DNA of 64,000 nt, taken from Octopus bimaculoides. Taxonomy: Eukaryota. Both the position numbers and the translations under genes were made by a program. Of this stretch, positions 1 through 13,105 are shown piece after piece. The DNA is taken from positions 8,559,804-8,623,803 of the forward strand of contig NC_069005.1 in assembly GCF_001194135.2 (NCBI RefSeq), written 5' to 3'. Position 1 is the stretch's first letter; the number at the start of each line of letters is the position of its first letter. Below the pieces are notes generated by a model. The model was not told the origin of the DNA and searched no databases. It worked only from the letters and a program-made list of their open reading frames with translations.

Positions 1-134
1 ACTAAACCCTTCAAGGTGGTGCCCCAGTCTAGCAGCAGTCCAAAATCTGCAATGAATAAAAGACAATGCAAAAATTTAAACTGAAAGTTTGGTTCATTAG
101 GCTTCTGAGAATTTTGGTAACTGCAACTACTGGA

Positions 135-305
135 CTTCTGTCTGACTAGGATGCCAGCCCATTGTCACAATATTAACCCCCAGCTGTTGCTGGTACTGGT
201 GGTCATCTGAGCTTTGCTTAAAAGTAAAACATGCTGCCCAGTACAGGAATCAAGCCCATGACCTTGCAATCATGAGTCCAACACCTTAACCACTAAGCTA
301 GGAGC
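135..305 (-). mobile_element. Degenerate tRNA-derived SINE (family E), 5' part
   Basis: GGAATCAAGCCCATGACCTTGCAATCATGAGTCCAACACCTTAACCACTAAGC is the reverse complement of a tRNA-like head; similar to copies at 31.9, 47.2 and 53.5 kb. Confidence 0.65.
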
Positions 306-384
306 CTAGTAAACGTATCCTTAGAATATAGTTATTACAAAGCCATACAGCTGGTAAGGTCTTCTTTTAGAAGATAGTTCTTGT

Positions 385-730
385 TTCAGTCATTATACTG
401 CAATGTGCCAGGGCACCACATTGAAGGGTTTTAGTGAAAAATATTGATCCCAATTCTTATTTATTAAATCTGGTACTTTTTCTATTGGTATGTTTTGCTG
501 AACTGTTAGGTTACAAGGATATAAACAAACCAACACCACTTGTCAAGTAGTAGTGGCAGACGAAAACACACACACATGCACCCCAGGCTTATTTGTTTCC
601 ATCTACCAAATCCACTTACAAGGCTTTTGTTGGCCCATGCTGATACATGCTGATACACTTGCCCAAGGTATTGCACAGAGATTGAACACCAGACCATAGG
701 TTTTCAAGCTTCTTAACTGCATAACCACAC
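385..730 (-). mobile_element. tRNA-derived SINE (family B), degenerate
   Basis: Shares blocks CTACCAAATCCACT(C/T)ACAAGGCTTT, CTTGCCCAAGGT and CTTCTTAAC..ACC with the full copies at 49716 and 55541. Confidence 0.85.
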
Positions 731-1501
731 CTGAATCTATGAAGATGTTATTTTTGCATTTGTACAATATTGTTTTACTTGTCTAACATCAGACTAGCCC
801 TATTTGAACCTATCAGAGTCATTCCAGTTACGATTATCCCATCTTTTCCTGTTTTCTTCAGCTGTGCTCTAGCATAGCCTGAGCTGTGATAGCTAAACAC
901 AAAGAAATAGAAAATAAAAAAAAAACAAAGCATGGGTTTTGTCATCTGATCTGCTTTCTTGCCTTTACAATATAAAAACAGGATGTGTATTTTTGAAATG
1001 TGATTTAGTTGTTATTTCTAGCATCTCAAGTATCCTTGAAGAGGCTCTTATATTGAATATGTTATTTATACGTTGTTTTAACAAGTGCCTTTGGCACAGA
1101 ATTTCATATTTCATGTCTCATCTCATTTATTTTATATATTTATTTACGGATTTTTTCACCTTTATATTTTACAGAATTAATTCCCTGTTTGGCTAGGTGA
1201 GCGAAAAGAAATTTTCTTACTATAAATATTCGTTAAATGATATTTGTATTTTGTCTTCTTTTGTTTTTGGAAAGCTAATAAATATTTGTTATTGAACAAT
1301 GTTAGTGGGCTAAAATTAACAAAAAACAAACAAACAAAAGATAATAAAAAAGAAAGGATTACAAAACGAAAGAAAAATAAAACAATATGTAAATAACCAA
1401 AGGTACTATCTTGCTATTAATTTTCACAGGTAAGTTGTGATTAGCTGAAATCATTTGATGTGCTTTTATGAATGTAAGTGTAATATGTGTGTTTGTGTGT
1501 A

Positions 1502-1627
1502 CAGTAATCCCTCGACTATCGTGGGTGTTACCTTTCAAGACCCTCCCCATGATAGGAGAAAATCCGTGAAGTAGAAACAGTACTGTACTGTATATTTTTC
1601 TTCTATTATTTTTATAATTTGTACATA
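1502..1627 (+). mobile_element. Tigger/pogo-like MITE, left half only
   Basis: TA|CAGTAATCCCTCGACTATCG terminus; nearly identical to the first ~125 bp of the complete copy at 42592-42815. Confidence 0.8.
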
Positions 1628-1867
1628 AAGTTGTGCTCTGCTGATTGTTTGTCAGTTAACGATTTGGTTGTAGATGTGTCGAGTATGGCCGAAACTTTCA
1701 TAAAGTTTGCTTTCTAGGCATGAGATCTCAGATTTGATTCCACCATGTGACAACTTGGAAATTATAATCTACCATGGATATTGATTGACCTGAATCTTGT
1801 GGGCAAAACAGGGTGGATTGAAAGTGATGTGTAACCTAACTGAAAAGATGTAACTGTAATTTACCGA

Positions 1868-2380
1868 AGGTGCTTAGTGGTTAGGGTATTTGGTCTGTGA
1901 TTGTAAAGTTTCGAAAACAGCTGTATTTCAAAGGGTCAGCCTTGTTACACTCGGTATCACACTGAATCTCCTTGAGAACTCTGTTAAGGGTACATCTATG
2001 GAGTGCTCAGCTACTTGCACAATAATTTCACAAGCAGGTTGTTCCATTGATTGAATAAAATGGAACCCTTGTTATCCTAACAAACGAAGTGCCTGGTTGT
2101 GTGCTGTGTCCTTGAGCAAGACACTTTATTTCACATTTCTCCAGTCCACTCAGCTGGTAAAAATACGTTATACCTGTAATTCAAAGGGCAACCTTCTCAC
2201 ATTTTGTGTCATGCTGAATCTCCCTGAGAACTACATTAAGGGCACATGTGTTTGTGGTGTGCTTTCCCACTTGTACGAGCAGGCTGTTCTGATGATTGGA
2301 TCAGCTGGAACCCTCATTGTCATAACCAGTGGAGTGCCAATAACTGTAATTCAAAGGCACCTTTGTCATGTGTCAAGGTG
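1868..2380 (+). mobile_element. Two tandem copies of a SINE-like element (family D)
   Basis: Repeated block TGTA(T/A)TTCAAAGGG..CTGAATCTCC(C/T)TGAGAACT..TTAAGGG..CACTTG..GCAGG.TGTTC..TGGAACCCT at ~1921-2093 and ~2173-2340; tRNA-like head near 1868. Confidence 0.75.
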
Positions 2381-3257
2381 ATTCTGCCTGAGCAGTACTT
2401 TAAAACTTCGCCTACCAAGCTTATTTGACACCATATTTTCTTTTGCACTAACATTCTACTTTTGCTATATATTACACATTTTATACTTTGAATTTTTAAC
2501 CATATATATATATATATTCTCCTTCATGACATAAACTACCACATTTATTTATAGCATGGGTATCACTGGTGACTCCACCAGTACAGAACAAATATTATAT
2601 TCACTCTGTGCTGCAGGAGTCACTGATGAACCACATGGTTGGTGAAGTGTTAAGGACACAAGTACCTGTAGTATACCCACTTAGATGCAAATACAAGGTG
2701 CATGCAGCTCAACTGATATAATCATCATCAAAACTAATGACGAATCCATTTACTTATTAAAGATCTGGTATCATCATCATCATCGTATGTCTGTTTTCCA
2801 TGCTGCATAAGTTGGATGGTTTGATGCATGCTGGCAAGGCAGAGGACTGCGCTGAGTTCTATTGTCTGCTTTAGTATGGTTCCTATGGCTTGTTTATATA
2901 CCCTTTCTGGTATATTTGGTGCCATTGAGTCAGAGGTCAACTTTACCTTTCCTCATTTTATTATAGATAAATACTGATGATGATGATGAACTACATTATC
3001 TAATTAGTCCTTGCCTGGGATATTTTGGCTGCTCTTTCCAGTAAGTTGATTTGGTCACACAGTGAATCCTTCGTTCAAGGCAACCTAGTAGGCATGACTT
3101 TTGTTGTTGGTAAACCATTGCTTATTCTTGTACTGACTATCTGAATGCAAGAATTAGAAGAGAGGCCCTATTTATTGTGACTATATATATGCATGTGTGC
3201 CTCTGTATGTGTATTCATGTGTACATATATATTTATATATATATAAACACATACATG

Positions 3258-3322
<65 letters not shown>

Positions 3323-4084
3323 AGGTTTATAAAATACATTATGATTTTCTGCTTCACAATCATTTCCTTTGATTTAAAAAAAAATTGTATTCATTCATCT
3401 TTTGATGTTAGTATGGAGAAGATAAATGGACATTATTAGCAATTTTGTTGCTGCAATAGTTTTTACAGCTGGATTCCCTTCTTACTTGCTAATAGCTCAA
3501 CTTTGAAGTAAGAACAGTTCACAAGTAGAATAAATTGGTTTGCTGGTTTTGGCAGCTGTATCCTTTGTCCGAAGAAGAATATTGTCCGAAATTGTTACAT
3601 ATTTTATTTTATTTATTTTGTTTTTCTCTTTCTCACATCAAATCAATTTATTTGACTTTTGAATTGTTTATATACTCACTAATTCTTGATGCAGCCCTTT
3701 ACTCCCACATACACTTGATAAGTTATAATATTTTACCAAAAGGGGAAACAAAAAAGACATGAGCAAAACTCCATATAACTTGTTTACTGAGCCATTCGCT
3801 GGGTTTGAAATTAGCTGCATACATTAAACACATACACATGAATGCCTACAAGCTCACATGCACATGCATATGCACAGGCATGCACAAACATGCACACTCA
3901 CACCAGCAGAGGTTTCCGTATGTAAAGCAGGTTGGTTGTGTCACTACGAGGTTTGTACGTATGTTTGTGATGTAAACAAATATATTGATGATGTCATACA
4001 CATGAAATCAAACATTGCTGATTCTGCTACGAAACAAAGGAACCTGTGATGGTACACAGTTGCATGAAAATACATATTCTTTTA

Positions 4085-4436
4085 TTCTTTTATTTATTTC
4101 AGTCATTTGGCTGTGGCTATGCTGGAGCACCACCTTTAGTCGAACAAATTGACACTCCAGGAATTATTCTTTGTAAGCCTCGTACTTATCCTATCGGTCT
4201 CTTTTGCCGAACCACTAAGTTATGGGAACATAAACACACCAACATTGGTTGTCAAGCGATGGTGGTGGTGGGGGGGACAAACACAGACACACAAACGTAC
4301 ACACAAACGTACACACACACACACACACACACACACATAAGACAGGCTTCTTTCTGTCTACCAAATCCACTCACAAGCTTTGGTCGACCTGAGGCTATAG
4401 TAGAAGGCACTAGCCCAAGGTGCCATGCAGTGAGAC
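4085..4436 (-). mobile_element. SINE family B, near full length
   Basis: CAGTCATTTGGCTGTGGCTATGCTGGAGCACC...CTACCAAATCCACTCACAAGCTTTGGTCGACCTGAGGCTATAGTAGAAGGCAC, with internal (CA)n. Confidence 0.9.
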
Positions 4437-4812
4437 TGTGGCCAAGCTGGGGCACTTCCTTCAAGGGTTTAGTAGCCAAATAAATCAACTCCAGTACTTA
4501 TTTTTTTCCATTTTGTTTTAAAGTCTAGTACTTATTTTTCGGTCTCTTTTGCTGATGTTCTTGGTTACAGGGACATAATCAAACCAACACTGGTTCCCAG
4601 TCGGTGTGGGGGAATAAACACAAATGTAAAGACACACACACACACACATGCACGTGTATCCAATGGGCTTCCACACAGTTTCTGTCTACTAGATTCATTC
4701 ACAAGGCACTGATCAGCTCGGGGCTATAGAAAAGGATACTTGCCCAAGGTACCATGCAATGGGATTGAACCCAATACCATGTGGTTGCAAAGCAAACTTC
4801 TTAACCACACAC
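4437..4812 (-). mobile_element. SINE family B, second adjacent copy
   Basis: Same diagnostic blocks; ends in AGCAAACTTCTTAACCACAC (head). Confidence 0.85.
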
Positions 4813-4930
4813 ACACAACAAGAGGTAAAAGGGATTACTAAATTCAGGTCAATATGTAGAAAGCACTCAGTATTAAGCGAACTTGGTTTACTCTATCAAA
4901 CGAACAGATACCAATAAATTCAAATAGAAT

Positions 4931-4978
<48 letters not shown>

Positions 4979-5319
4979 ACCTTCCACATTTGCAAAACAT
5001 ATGTACAATTCTCTATTGGCTGGCTGTAATACTAATGCCAATTAGATGTTGCATATATTTATAGTCAATCAAGCAGAAGTGATGCTGCTTGTAGCATAGA
5101 TCAGGAAAACACATTTCTTGTCTGTATTGGCAATAATTGGAGGTATTTCAGCTGTTCTTTTAAAATGATACTACTTTTGAAATTACAAACAATATTCAGA
5201 AAAAGCAACATGCAACATGTTTCAACGTCCACTTCTCACTGCTTGCATGGGTTGAAAGGTGGCTAGAAATGGTTTCTCTTTGAGTAAGTAGATAGAGTTT
5301 AAAATAGAAAATGAATATG

Positions 5320-5665
5320 GCACCTTGGGCAAGTGTCTTCTACTATAGCCTCAGACTGACCAAAGCCTTGTGAGTGGATTTGGTAGACAGAAACTAAAAG
5401 AAGACCATCGTATATGTATATATATATGTGTGTGTGTGTGTATCTTTGTACCTGTGTTTGTCCCCCCACCACTGGTTGACAACTGGTGTTGGTGTGTTTA
5501 CGTCCCTGTAACTTAATGGTCTGGCAATAGAGAACAATAGAATAAGTACCAGGCTTAACGAAAAGTAAGTACTGGTGTCAATTTATTTGACTGAAAATTC
5601 TTGAAGGCAGTGCCCCAGTATGGTCACACTCTAATGACTGAAGCAAATAAAAGATAAGATAAAAT
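5320..5665 (+). mobile_element. SINE family B, 5'-truncated
   Basis: GCACCTTGGGCAAGTGTCTTCTACTATAGCC...GAATAAGTACCAGGC...GTGCCCCAGTATGG..AATGACTGAAGCAAATAAAAG. Confidence 0.9.
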
Positions 5666-6511
5666 ATAGGGAAATATTACCTTACCTGGAGACAGGTAAG
5701 TGTCGGCGACAGGAAGGGCACCTGGCCATAGAATATCTGCATTAATGAATTCTGTCAAATTCAGGCAAACATAGGAAAATGGACATTAAAATGATGATAA
5801 TAATGGTCACTCACATACGTGTATGTTATTCAAATACCAAGAATTCTGCAGAAACCATCATGTAAATATAATTGCTTCCACATAAATGACATTGTTCAAA
5901 CATAGAGGAGCGAACCGTTAGATCTTGTCCAAGCTCTCAATGTTATCATTTTCTTTCCATGAGAGCAGAGTATTTGAAGTGTTATGAATGACGAACAATC
6001 AGTGTTAGTGAGGTTAAATAAATAATATTTTGCACAATGGAGTCCTGGCTACACAAAAAGTCAGGATGGGCACAGCTGGAATACCTTTCATAGGTCTACT
6101 GGATCAGAAGTGACCTGGAGCTAAGTACCAACAGTAATAATCACAACACTCGCAACCACAATAGTCTCATTCCATTTAAGAAGTCTTTCAACATCAATGC
6201 TGTATGAATCCAAGACAAACATATAAAAGGAGAGTGAAGCTGATGTTTCCATTCCAGAGACTTTAAAAAGCTATCTGTTTTCATACCATTGCATTTCTAG
6301 TCTTCTTCACTTTAAATCTATGACCTGTGTTTATTCCCTTTTGTCTGGTGTTCTTTGTTAAGTGTTGTAATTCAAACCTTAATGGTCATCTCACGAGAAG
6401 TGGATTTTACCATTTCAAAACTTGTGAGCTCGCAGCACTATGCATGCTCATGTACATAGCTATCTACACACATATGCAGATATGCATTTCATTTATGTGT
6501 GTCTGACCCTC

Positions 6512-6609
<98 letters not shown>

Positions 6610-6623
6610 NNNNNNNNNNCATA

Positions 6624-7492
6624 CAGGGTGCAATGAATATATTGTCTAAATTACACAAAAATGAAAATAACACTGACATCTCATTTTAACAGATATATTT
6701 ATCAAAATTACATTAAAATATCTTGAAATTCTAAATGGTAAATTTATTCAATAAAATCGCCATTGGCTTCAACCACAGCCTCCAGATGACTTCAGAATCT
6801 CTTACAACTCTTCTGGATGGTCGTCTTGTTTAAGTTGGTGAATGCTTCTGTAATCTTTGCCTTCAGGTTATCTTTGGTGTTACAAGGAGTTTTGTTGGTC
6901 TCTCACTCAACTGTGCTCCGCACATAGTAATCAAGGGGGTTGCAGTCTGGGAAGTTAGCTGGCCAGATGTTAGGGGTGATGTGGTTGCAAAAATTGTCTG
7001 ACAGCCACGACTGGGTTCTCCTGCTTGTGTGGCATGGTGCAGAGTCCTGTTGCCAGACATAGGGTCTTTCAGCAGCCACCTCTTCACCCAGGGCAGTACT
7101 ACCACCTCCAGACACTTGATATAGGCCTCCATGTTGAGTCTGAGGCTGTGTGGGAAGATGAATGGAGGCATAACGTCACCATCATTAGTGACCACTCCAA
7201 ACACCATTATGCTGACTGGATGTTTGATTTTTATCACTCTCAGTACATGCTCAGTCCTCAGATTGATACCCAAACACTCTGAAATGTTTGTATTTGCACT
7301 TCCAGCACAAGCGCCAAGCAGTACTGCATGTTGTTTCTAAGTTTCTGGCAGAGTGAATTGCGTCATGGTGCTGTTTTTCTCACAGACAGTGCCCAACTGA
7401 CTCTACCATACTGTGTAGTCAACAAAATAGAAAAAAAAACAATGCACAAAATTAAAAGTATAAAATAGCAACAATTTACCCATTGCACCCTG
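6624..7492 (-). mobile_element. Internally deleted Tc1/mariner element of the DD37D (maT) family with frameshifted transposase C-terminus
   Basis: TIRs CAGGGTGCAATG..TA.ATTGT at both ends, each flanked by TA; minus-strand translation MVFGVVTNDGDVMPPFIF..YIKCLEVVVLPWVK/VAAERPYVWQQDSAPCHTSRRTQSWLSDNFCNHITPNIWPANFPDCNPLDYY; 37 residues between the QQD aspartate and the PLD aspartate. Confidence 0.92.
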
Positions 7493-7793
7493 TATATATA
7501 NNNNNNNNNNNNNNNNNNNNNNNNNNNNNNNNNNNNNNNNNNNNNNNNNNNNNNNNNNNNNNNNNNNNNNNNNNNNNNNNNNNNNNNNNNNNNNNNNNNN
7601 NNNNNNNNNNNNNNNNNNNNNNNNNNNNNNNNNNNNNNNNNNNNNNNNNNNNNNNNNNNNNNNNNNNNNNNNNNNNNNNNNNNNNNNNNNNNNNNNNNNN
7701 NNNNNNNNNNNNNNNNNNNNNNNNNNNNNNNNNNNNNNNNNNNNNNNNNNNNNNNNNNNNNNNNNNNNNNNNNNNNNNNNNNNNNNNNNNNNN

Positions 7794-7832
<39 letters not shown>

Positions 7833-7900
7833 CACACACAAGCATATATAAAGATAAACGCATTGTGTGTGAGTGTGAACACACACATTGCATTCATTTT

Positions 7901-7975
<75 letters not shown>
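7901..7975. repeat. (TATC)n tetranucleotide microsatellite
   Basis: Direct reading. Confidence 0.95.
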
Positions 7976-8499
7976 GTGTGTGTGTGTAGTCAAAAGAGCT
8001 TTTACAGTTGAAAAGAAATAATATTTTACTGACTAGTTTTTGTTGGCCTCCAGATTAAAGTTTAAAATATGTTCTTCTATGCATTTTCAGACAATGTGGT
8101 AGTTAGATCTGTGTAGGATTATATATATATTTGCATACATGCAAATATACATACATACCTGTATGCATTGCATTTAGTCATTTGATTTATCACTTGATAA
8201 ATATGAGTGTACATATCTGTTATTTATATCACACATTTTGGAATGTGTGGATGTGTATTTTAGTCTATTGAGAATTGGATGATCTACCATTGTTAATGCA
8301 ACACTTTTTAAAACACATTCTATAAAATCTATTCAGTTTTCAAATTGTAAAATTATTTTCAGAAATGACAGATCGGTCTTTCTCTTTCCATTATCAATTT
8401 TTTTTTTTTGGTGAGCATTTATGTATTGGGCTTGCTGTAGGTGTGAAACTAAGGAATGGGACTACAGTCCATATAACCATGGGCTCAAATCTTTTATCT

Positions 8500-8721
8500 G
8501 ATTCATTCATTAGATTATGACCATCTGAGACACTGACTGGAAGGGTTTAGTCTAACAAATCAAACCCAGAACCTATTTTAAGTCAGGCACTCATTCTATT
8601 CTCTTTTACTGAACTGTTAAGTTACAGGAGTGTAAACAAACCAAGAATGGTTGTCAAGTGGTGGTGTTGGCCAAACAGAAAGACACTTGTGTATATGTGT
8701 GTTGTATATATATGTATATAT

Positions 8722-8759
<38 letters not shown>

Positions 8760-9160
8760 NNNNNNNNNNNNNNNNNNNNNNNNNNNNNNNNNNNNNNNNN
8801 NNNNNNNNNNNNNNNNNNNNNNNNNNNNNNNNNNNNNNNNNNNNNNNNNNNNNNNNNNNNNNNNNNNNNNNNNNNNNNNNNNNNNNNNNNNNNNNNNNNN
8901 NNNNNNNNNNNNNNNNNNNNNNNNNNNNNNNNNNNNNNNNNNNNNNNNNNNNNNNNNNNNNNNNNNNNNNNNNNNNNNNNNNNNNNNNNNNNNNNNNNNN
9001 NNNNNNNNNNNNNNNNNNNNNNNNNNNNNNNNNNNNNNNNNNNNNNNNNNNNNNNNNNNNNNNNNNNNNNNNNNNNNNNNNNNNNTATATATATATATAT
9101 ATGAATAACATACTTCCACACAGTTTCGGTCTACCAAATTCATTCACAAGGCATTGGTCT
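8500..9160 (-). mobile_element. SINE family B whose internal TA/TG microsatellite spans an assembly gap
   Basis: Family B blocks on both sides of N gap 8760-9085. Confidence 0.75.
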
Positions 9161-9855
9161 GCCTGTTCCTAACATTTGATTTTTCCTGAAATTTTACTGG
9201 TAGTGATTGTGCAAATTACTTAAAATAATCCACTACCCATCACCACCACCACCACCACCTCCTAAAACAGTGAACCAGTGTAAATATAATTAGCAATTTC
9301 CTCAATCCAATCAACAAATTTGAGAAGACATATTTCATGAATTGCAATAAAGAAAAATTATTTTTATGCCTTCTACGCCATTACAATAATATTATTTCTG
9401 TAGATTTGCTTATAGTGCATGCTTCCAATACATAACTGAATGTAGTTCTGTACGTTTGAGAGTGAAAACATTTGTGTGTATGTGTGTAGGTCTTTGGGTT
9501 TCAAGCATGTACAGTTGCTTTGGTCCTTGGTTTGAATGTGATATTTACTGTATTTTGCCTTGGGCTCTTGACTTTTGATGGAATCGTAGCAGTGCTCAGG
9601 ACATATGGCCTTAGGCATATATGTGTGTGTTTGTGAGTGCACATGTTATAATTTAACATCTATTTTCCATGTGTGTGTGGGTCACATGGAATTTGTTGAT
9701 GTGAATTTTCTATGGATGGATGCACATGCTGTTGGCAATGCTTTACCTGTTTCCAAGTGAGGTAACATTTCCCATGGCCAGACATGTTTTCCACTAACGA
9801 CTGAACACAAAAAATTGCTTGTATGGCTTGTTTACAAGTCATACATGATATCAAG

Positions 9856-9895
<40 letters not shown>

Positions 9896-10114
9896 NNNNN
9901 NNNNNNNNNNNNNNNNNNNNNNNNNNNNNNNNNNNNNNNNNNNNNNNNNNNNNNNNNNNNNNNNNNNNNNNNNNNNNNNNNNNNNNNNNNNNNNNNNNNN
10001 NNNNNNNNNNNNNNNNNNNNNNNNNNNNNNNNNNNNNNNNNNNNNNNNNNNNNNNNNNNNNNNNNNNNNNNNNNNNNNNNNNNNNNNNNNNNNNNNTATA
10101 TGTGTGTGTGTGCG

Positions 10115-10308
10115 GGTGACACGTAAAAGCACCCACTACACTCTCTGAGTGGTTGGCGTTAGGAAGGGCATCCAGCTGTAGAAACTCTGCCAAATTAGAT
10201 TGGAGCCTGGTGTTGCCATCCGGTTTCACCAGTCCTCAGTCAAATCATCCAACCCATGCTAGCATGGAAAGCAGACGTTAAACGATGATGATGATGATGA
10301 TGATGATA
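10115..10308 (+). mobile_element. RTE-related SINE/LINE 3' end with (GAT)n tail (family A)
   Basis: AAAAGCACCCACTACACTCTCTGAGTGGTTGGCGTTAGGAAGGGCATCCAGCTGTAGAAAC...AACCCATGCTAGCATGGAAAGCAGACGTTAAACGATGATGATG. Confidence 0.9.
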
Positions 10309-10846
10309 TAATTAAAATAGTAGGGTAAAGAATTGGATATTAATCAATATCAATTTAACACCAGGAAACTAGCACATTAAAAGAATCAGGAGATTCAGAA
10401 AAAATTATCTGAGATCTCAAAAGGATTATTGTATATGTATATATAAAAGATACCATTAAGTGGACTGCTAATGTGCTAGAAGAAGATCACATGTAACGTA
10501 AATCTATTTACAAGGCTTTGGTTGGTACAAGATACTTGCCCAAATTACCATGCAGTGGCATTGAACCCGGAAGCATGTGGTTGGGAAACAAACTTCTTGC
10601 CACACTCTTTCATTATCGAATTTTCATTAGTGACTGCGTAAGGGTTTTCTTTATCAGCTCAGAAAAATAATTGTATAGAAAAATATTGCACTGACTGATC
10701 AGCAGGGAATTTCTATCATTATTCTTTAATTCTTTATGACCTGAATGAGTTAAATATAATCCTCTTTTGTAATCCTGCTTCATTCTTCTATCTGCGTGTC
10801 TCAGTTTTCCATTTTTTTTTTGTATTTATTTTTCTGTTGTAAGTTA

Positions 10847-10921
<75 letters not shown>

Positions 10922-11109
10922 AGTATTTTTCTTAATGTGTCTGTATTGCTTAATTATTTCAGGCTTTATCAGTCAAACACACTCACAGGTGTTGTTTGTG
11001 AAGTTAATGAGAGACTAGATTCTTTAGAAGGCAATTGCTTAGACTATTACTATATATATATATGTATATATATATAATACATATATAATATATTTACCAA
11101 ATGAGACTA

Positions 11110-11140
<31 letters not shown>

Positions 11141-11239
11141 TAACGTTACTGTTTCTTTCTAACCTTTCTTTCTTCACTATTACTCACATAGGGTAGGAGA
11201 CATACAAATATACACAAGAACACATATACATACGCATGT

Positions 11240-11275
<36 letters not shown>

Positions 11276-11683
11276 CTCACCTCCTACACAAACACAAAGA
11301 GAAAACTGATTTTTCTTCATTAGTGTTGCAGACATGACTCCCCTTGTAAAATAATCAACGCTAATGACTAATAAATATATGTACATATATATACATATAT
11401 GTATATGTATATACATATATGTATATGTATGTGTATATATATATATATGGAGAGAAGGACAGAGACAGACAGACTAATATATGTTTATAAGTTTATAATA
11501 TCGATATATCTATATAATATATTCTATAATATGATGTATGTATGTGTTTGTGTGTGTGTGTGTATACTTTTCATTATCATTGTATGTCCACTTTCAGCAT
11601 TTATTGGATATCTCAGCAGTCTGTAACAGATTATATATGTTATGTATACATAAGAATATGTAACATATAGCTATAAAGTATGT

Positions 11684-11723
<40 letters not shown>

Positions 11724-11960
11724 NNNNNNNNNNNNNNNNNNNNNNNNNNNNNNNNNNNNNNNNNNNNNNNNNNNNNNNNNNNNNNNNNNNNNNNNNNNNN
11801 NNNNNNNNNNNNNNNNNNNNNNNNNNNNNNNNNNNNNNNNNNNNNNNNNNNNNNNNNNNNNNNNNNNNNNNNNNNNNNNNNNNNNNNNNNNNNNNNNNNN
11901 NNNNNNNNNNNNNNNNNNNNNNNNNNNNNNNNNNNNNNNNNNNNNNNNNNNNNNNNNNNN

Positions 11961-12003
<43 letters not shown>

Positions 12004-12364
12004 AATATATATATACTATATATTTATGATATATGTAATATGCATATATTTGTAATATTTATATATAATACATATTTGTTATATATGTAAAATTTATATA
12101 TGCATATACATTAGCTCATATATATGAAATTACACACACACACGAACGCACACTTATAAGAAATGCCATTTAGTATAACCTCCTCACTTTCAGCTTGAAT
12201 GTCTGATCTAGTCTTGCCTCCTCCTTCCTCAAGTTAGTCAACAGACACCTTTCTCATAATCATAAGTTAGACAAAGTTTTTAACAGATACAACTTCAAAA
12301 CAAGTTATAGCTGCATGAATAATTTTGACACTTCGTTAACTGGAATTATGAGGAAACTACTTCC

Positions 12365-13105
12365 AGTGTTTCACTCTTCTAGTTATTCATTCTTCCTCCA
12401 TACTTCTTTTTGAATGAGATGATGCCTCTCTTTATCCTGGACCTCGTCAACCTGAGTCTTTGGGAAGTATCACAAACCTTATCTGCCAGCTGCCAAGATG
12501 CCTACCAGTTGCTTTTGCTCTAGCCACTGCCTTCCATTTCTTCCCTGTTCTCACTTCGATACCAGCTGATGACACCTTCTGATGCTGTGTATTATAAAAC
12601 TTCTTTTGCCTGTGTCACCTTAAAGTCTTCAGTTAGGCTAGAGAATGAGGCTGCAAGATGTTACAGTACAGCACTTCTGAGGTTGTGTGACTCCAGCAAG
12701 TTACAAAAAGCAAAAAAAAAACCAAAAAAAAAACCCCCACTGATCTTTCCTTTGAGGGTTCTCCTGTTCTTGATGGAAATTCTGTAAACCAGTAAAGGTC
12801 ACAAGACTTGGAGTAGATCAGAATATTGGTAAATCCAGGCCTTGAATCTACCATACAGGCCCTTTTTAATTTAATCACCCTTAGTGAGCCACTTTTCAAG
12901 GTCTCTGGCTACAGAATCTTTCATAGTCTAATCAATGAATTTCTCCAACCTCTTGACTGGTTGCTTTGTTATTGAGGGGATGACAATTTCAAATATTGAG
13001 AAATGGAATTTGTCAACCAAGTTCTTTTTCTTCAGCACCATGGATCTTGAATAGGCAGGCTTGAAACCCATTCTTGCCCAGGTTTCTCAAGTCAGCGGAG
13101 GTAAA
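12365..13105 (-). mobile_element. Degenerate HERO-like (RLE-clade) non-LTR retrotransposon, RT C-terminal/thumb region
   Basis: Colinear minus-strand motifs with stops and frameshifts: ARMGFKPAYSRSMVLKKK..VDKFHFSI..IPSITKQPVK, GLYGRFKAWIYQY..VL*PLLVY, FSSLTEDFKVTQAKEVL*Y, KVSSAGIEVRTGKKWKA, LVGILAAGR*GL*YFPKTQV..KERHHLIQKEV; these match my recollection of HERO ORF motifs. Confidence 0.82.

Noticed and set aside
880-895. miR-2-family-like seed (TATCACAG on the minus strand)
   Set aside because: Only the 8-mer matches; the rest of the mature sequence and a hairpin are absent
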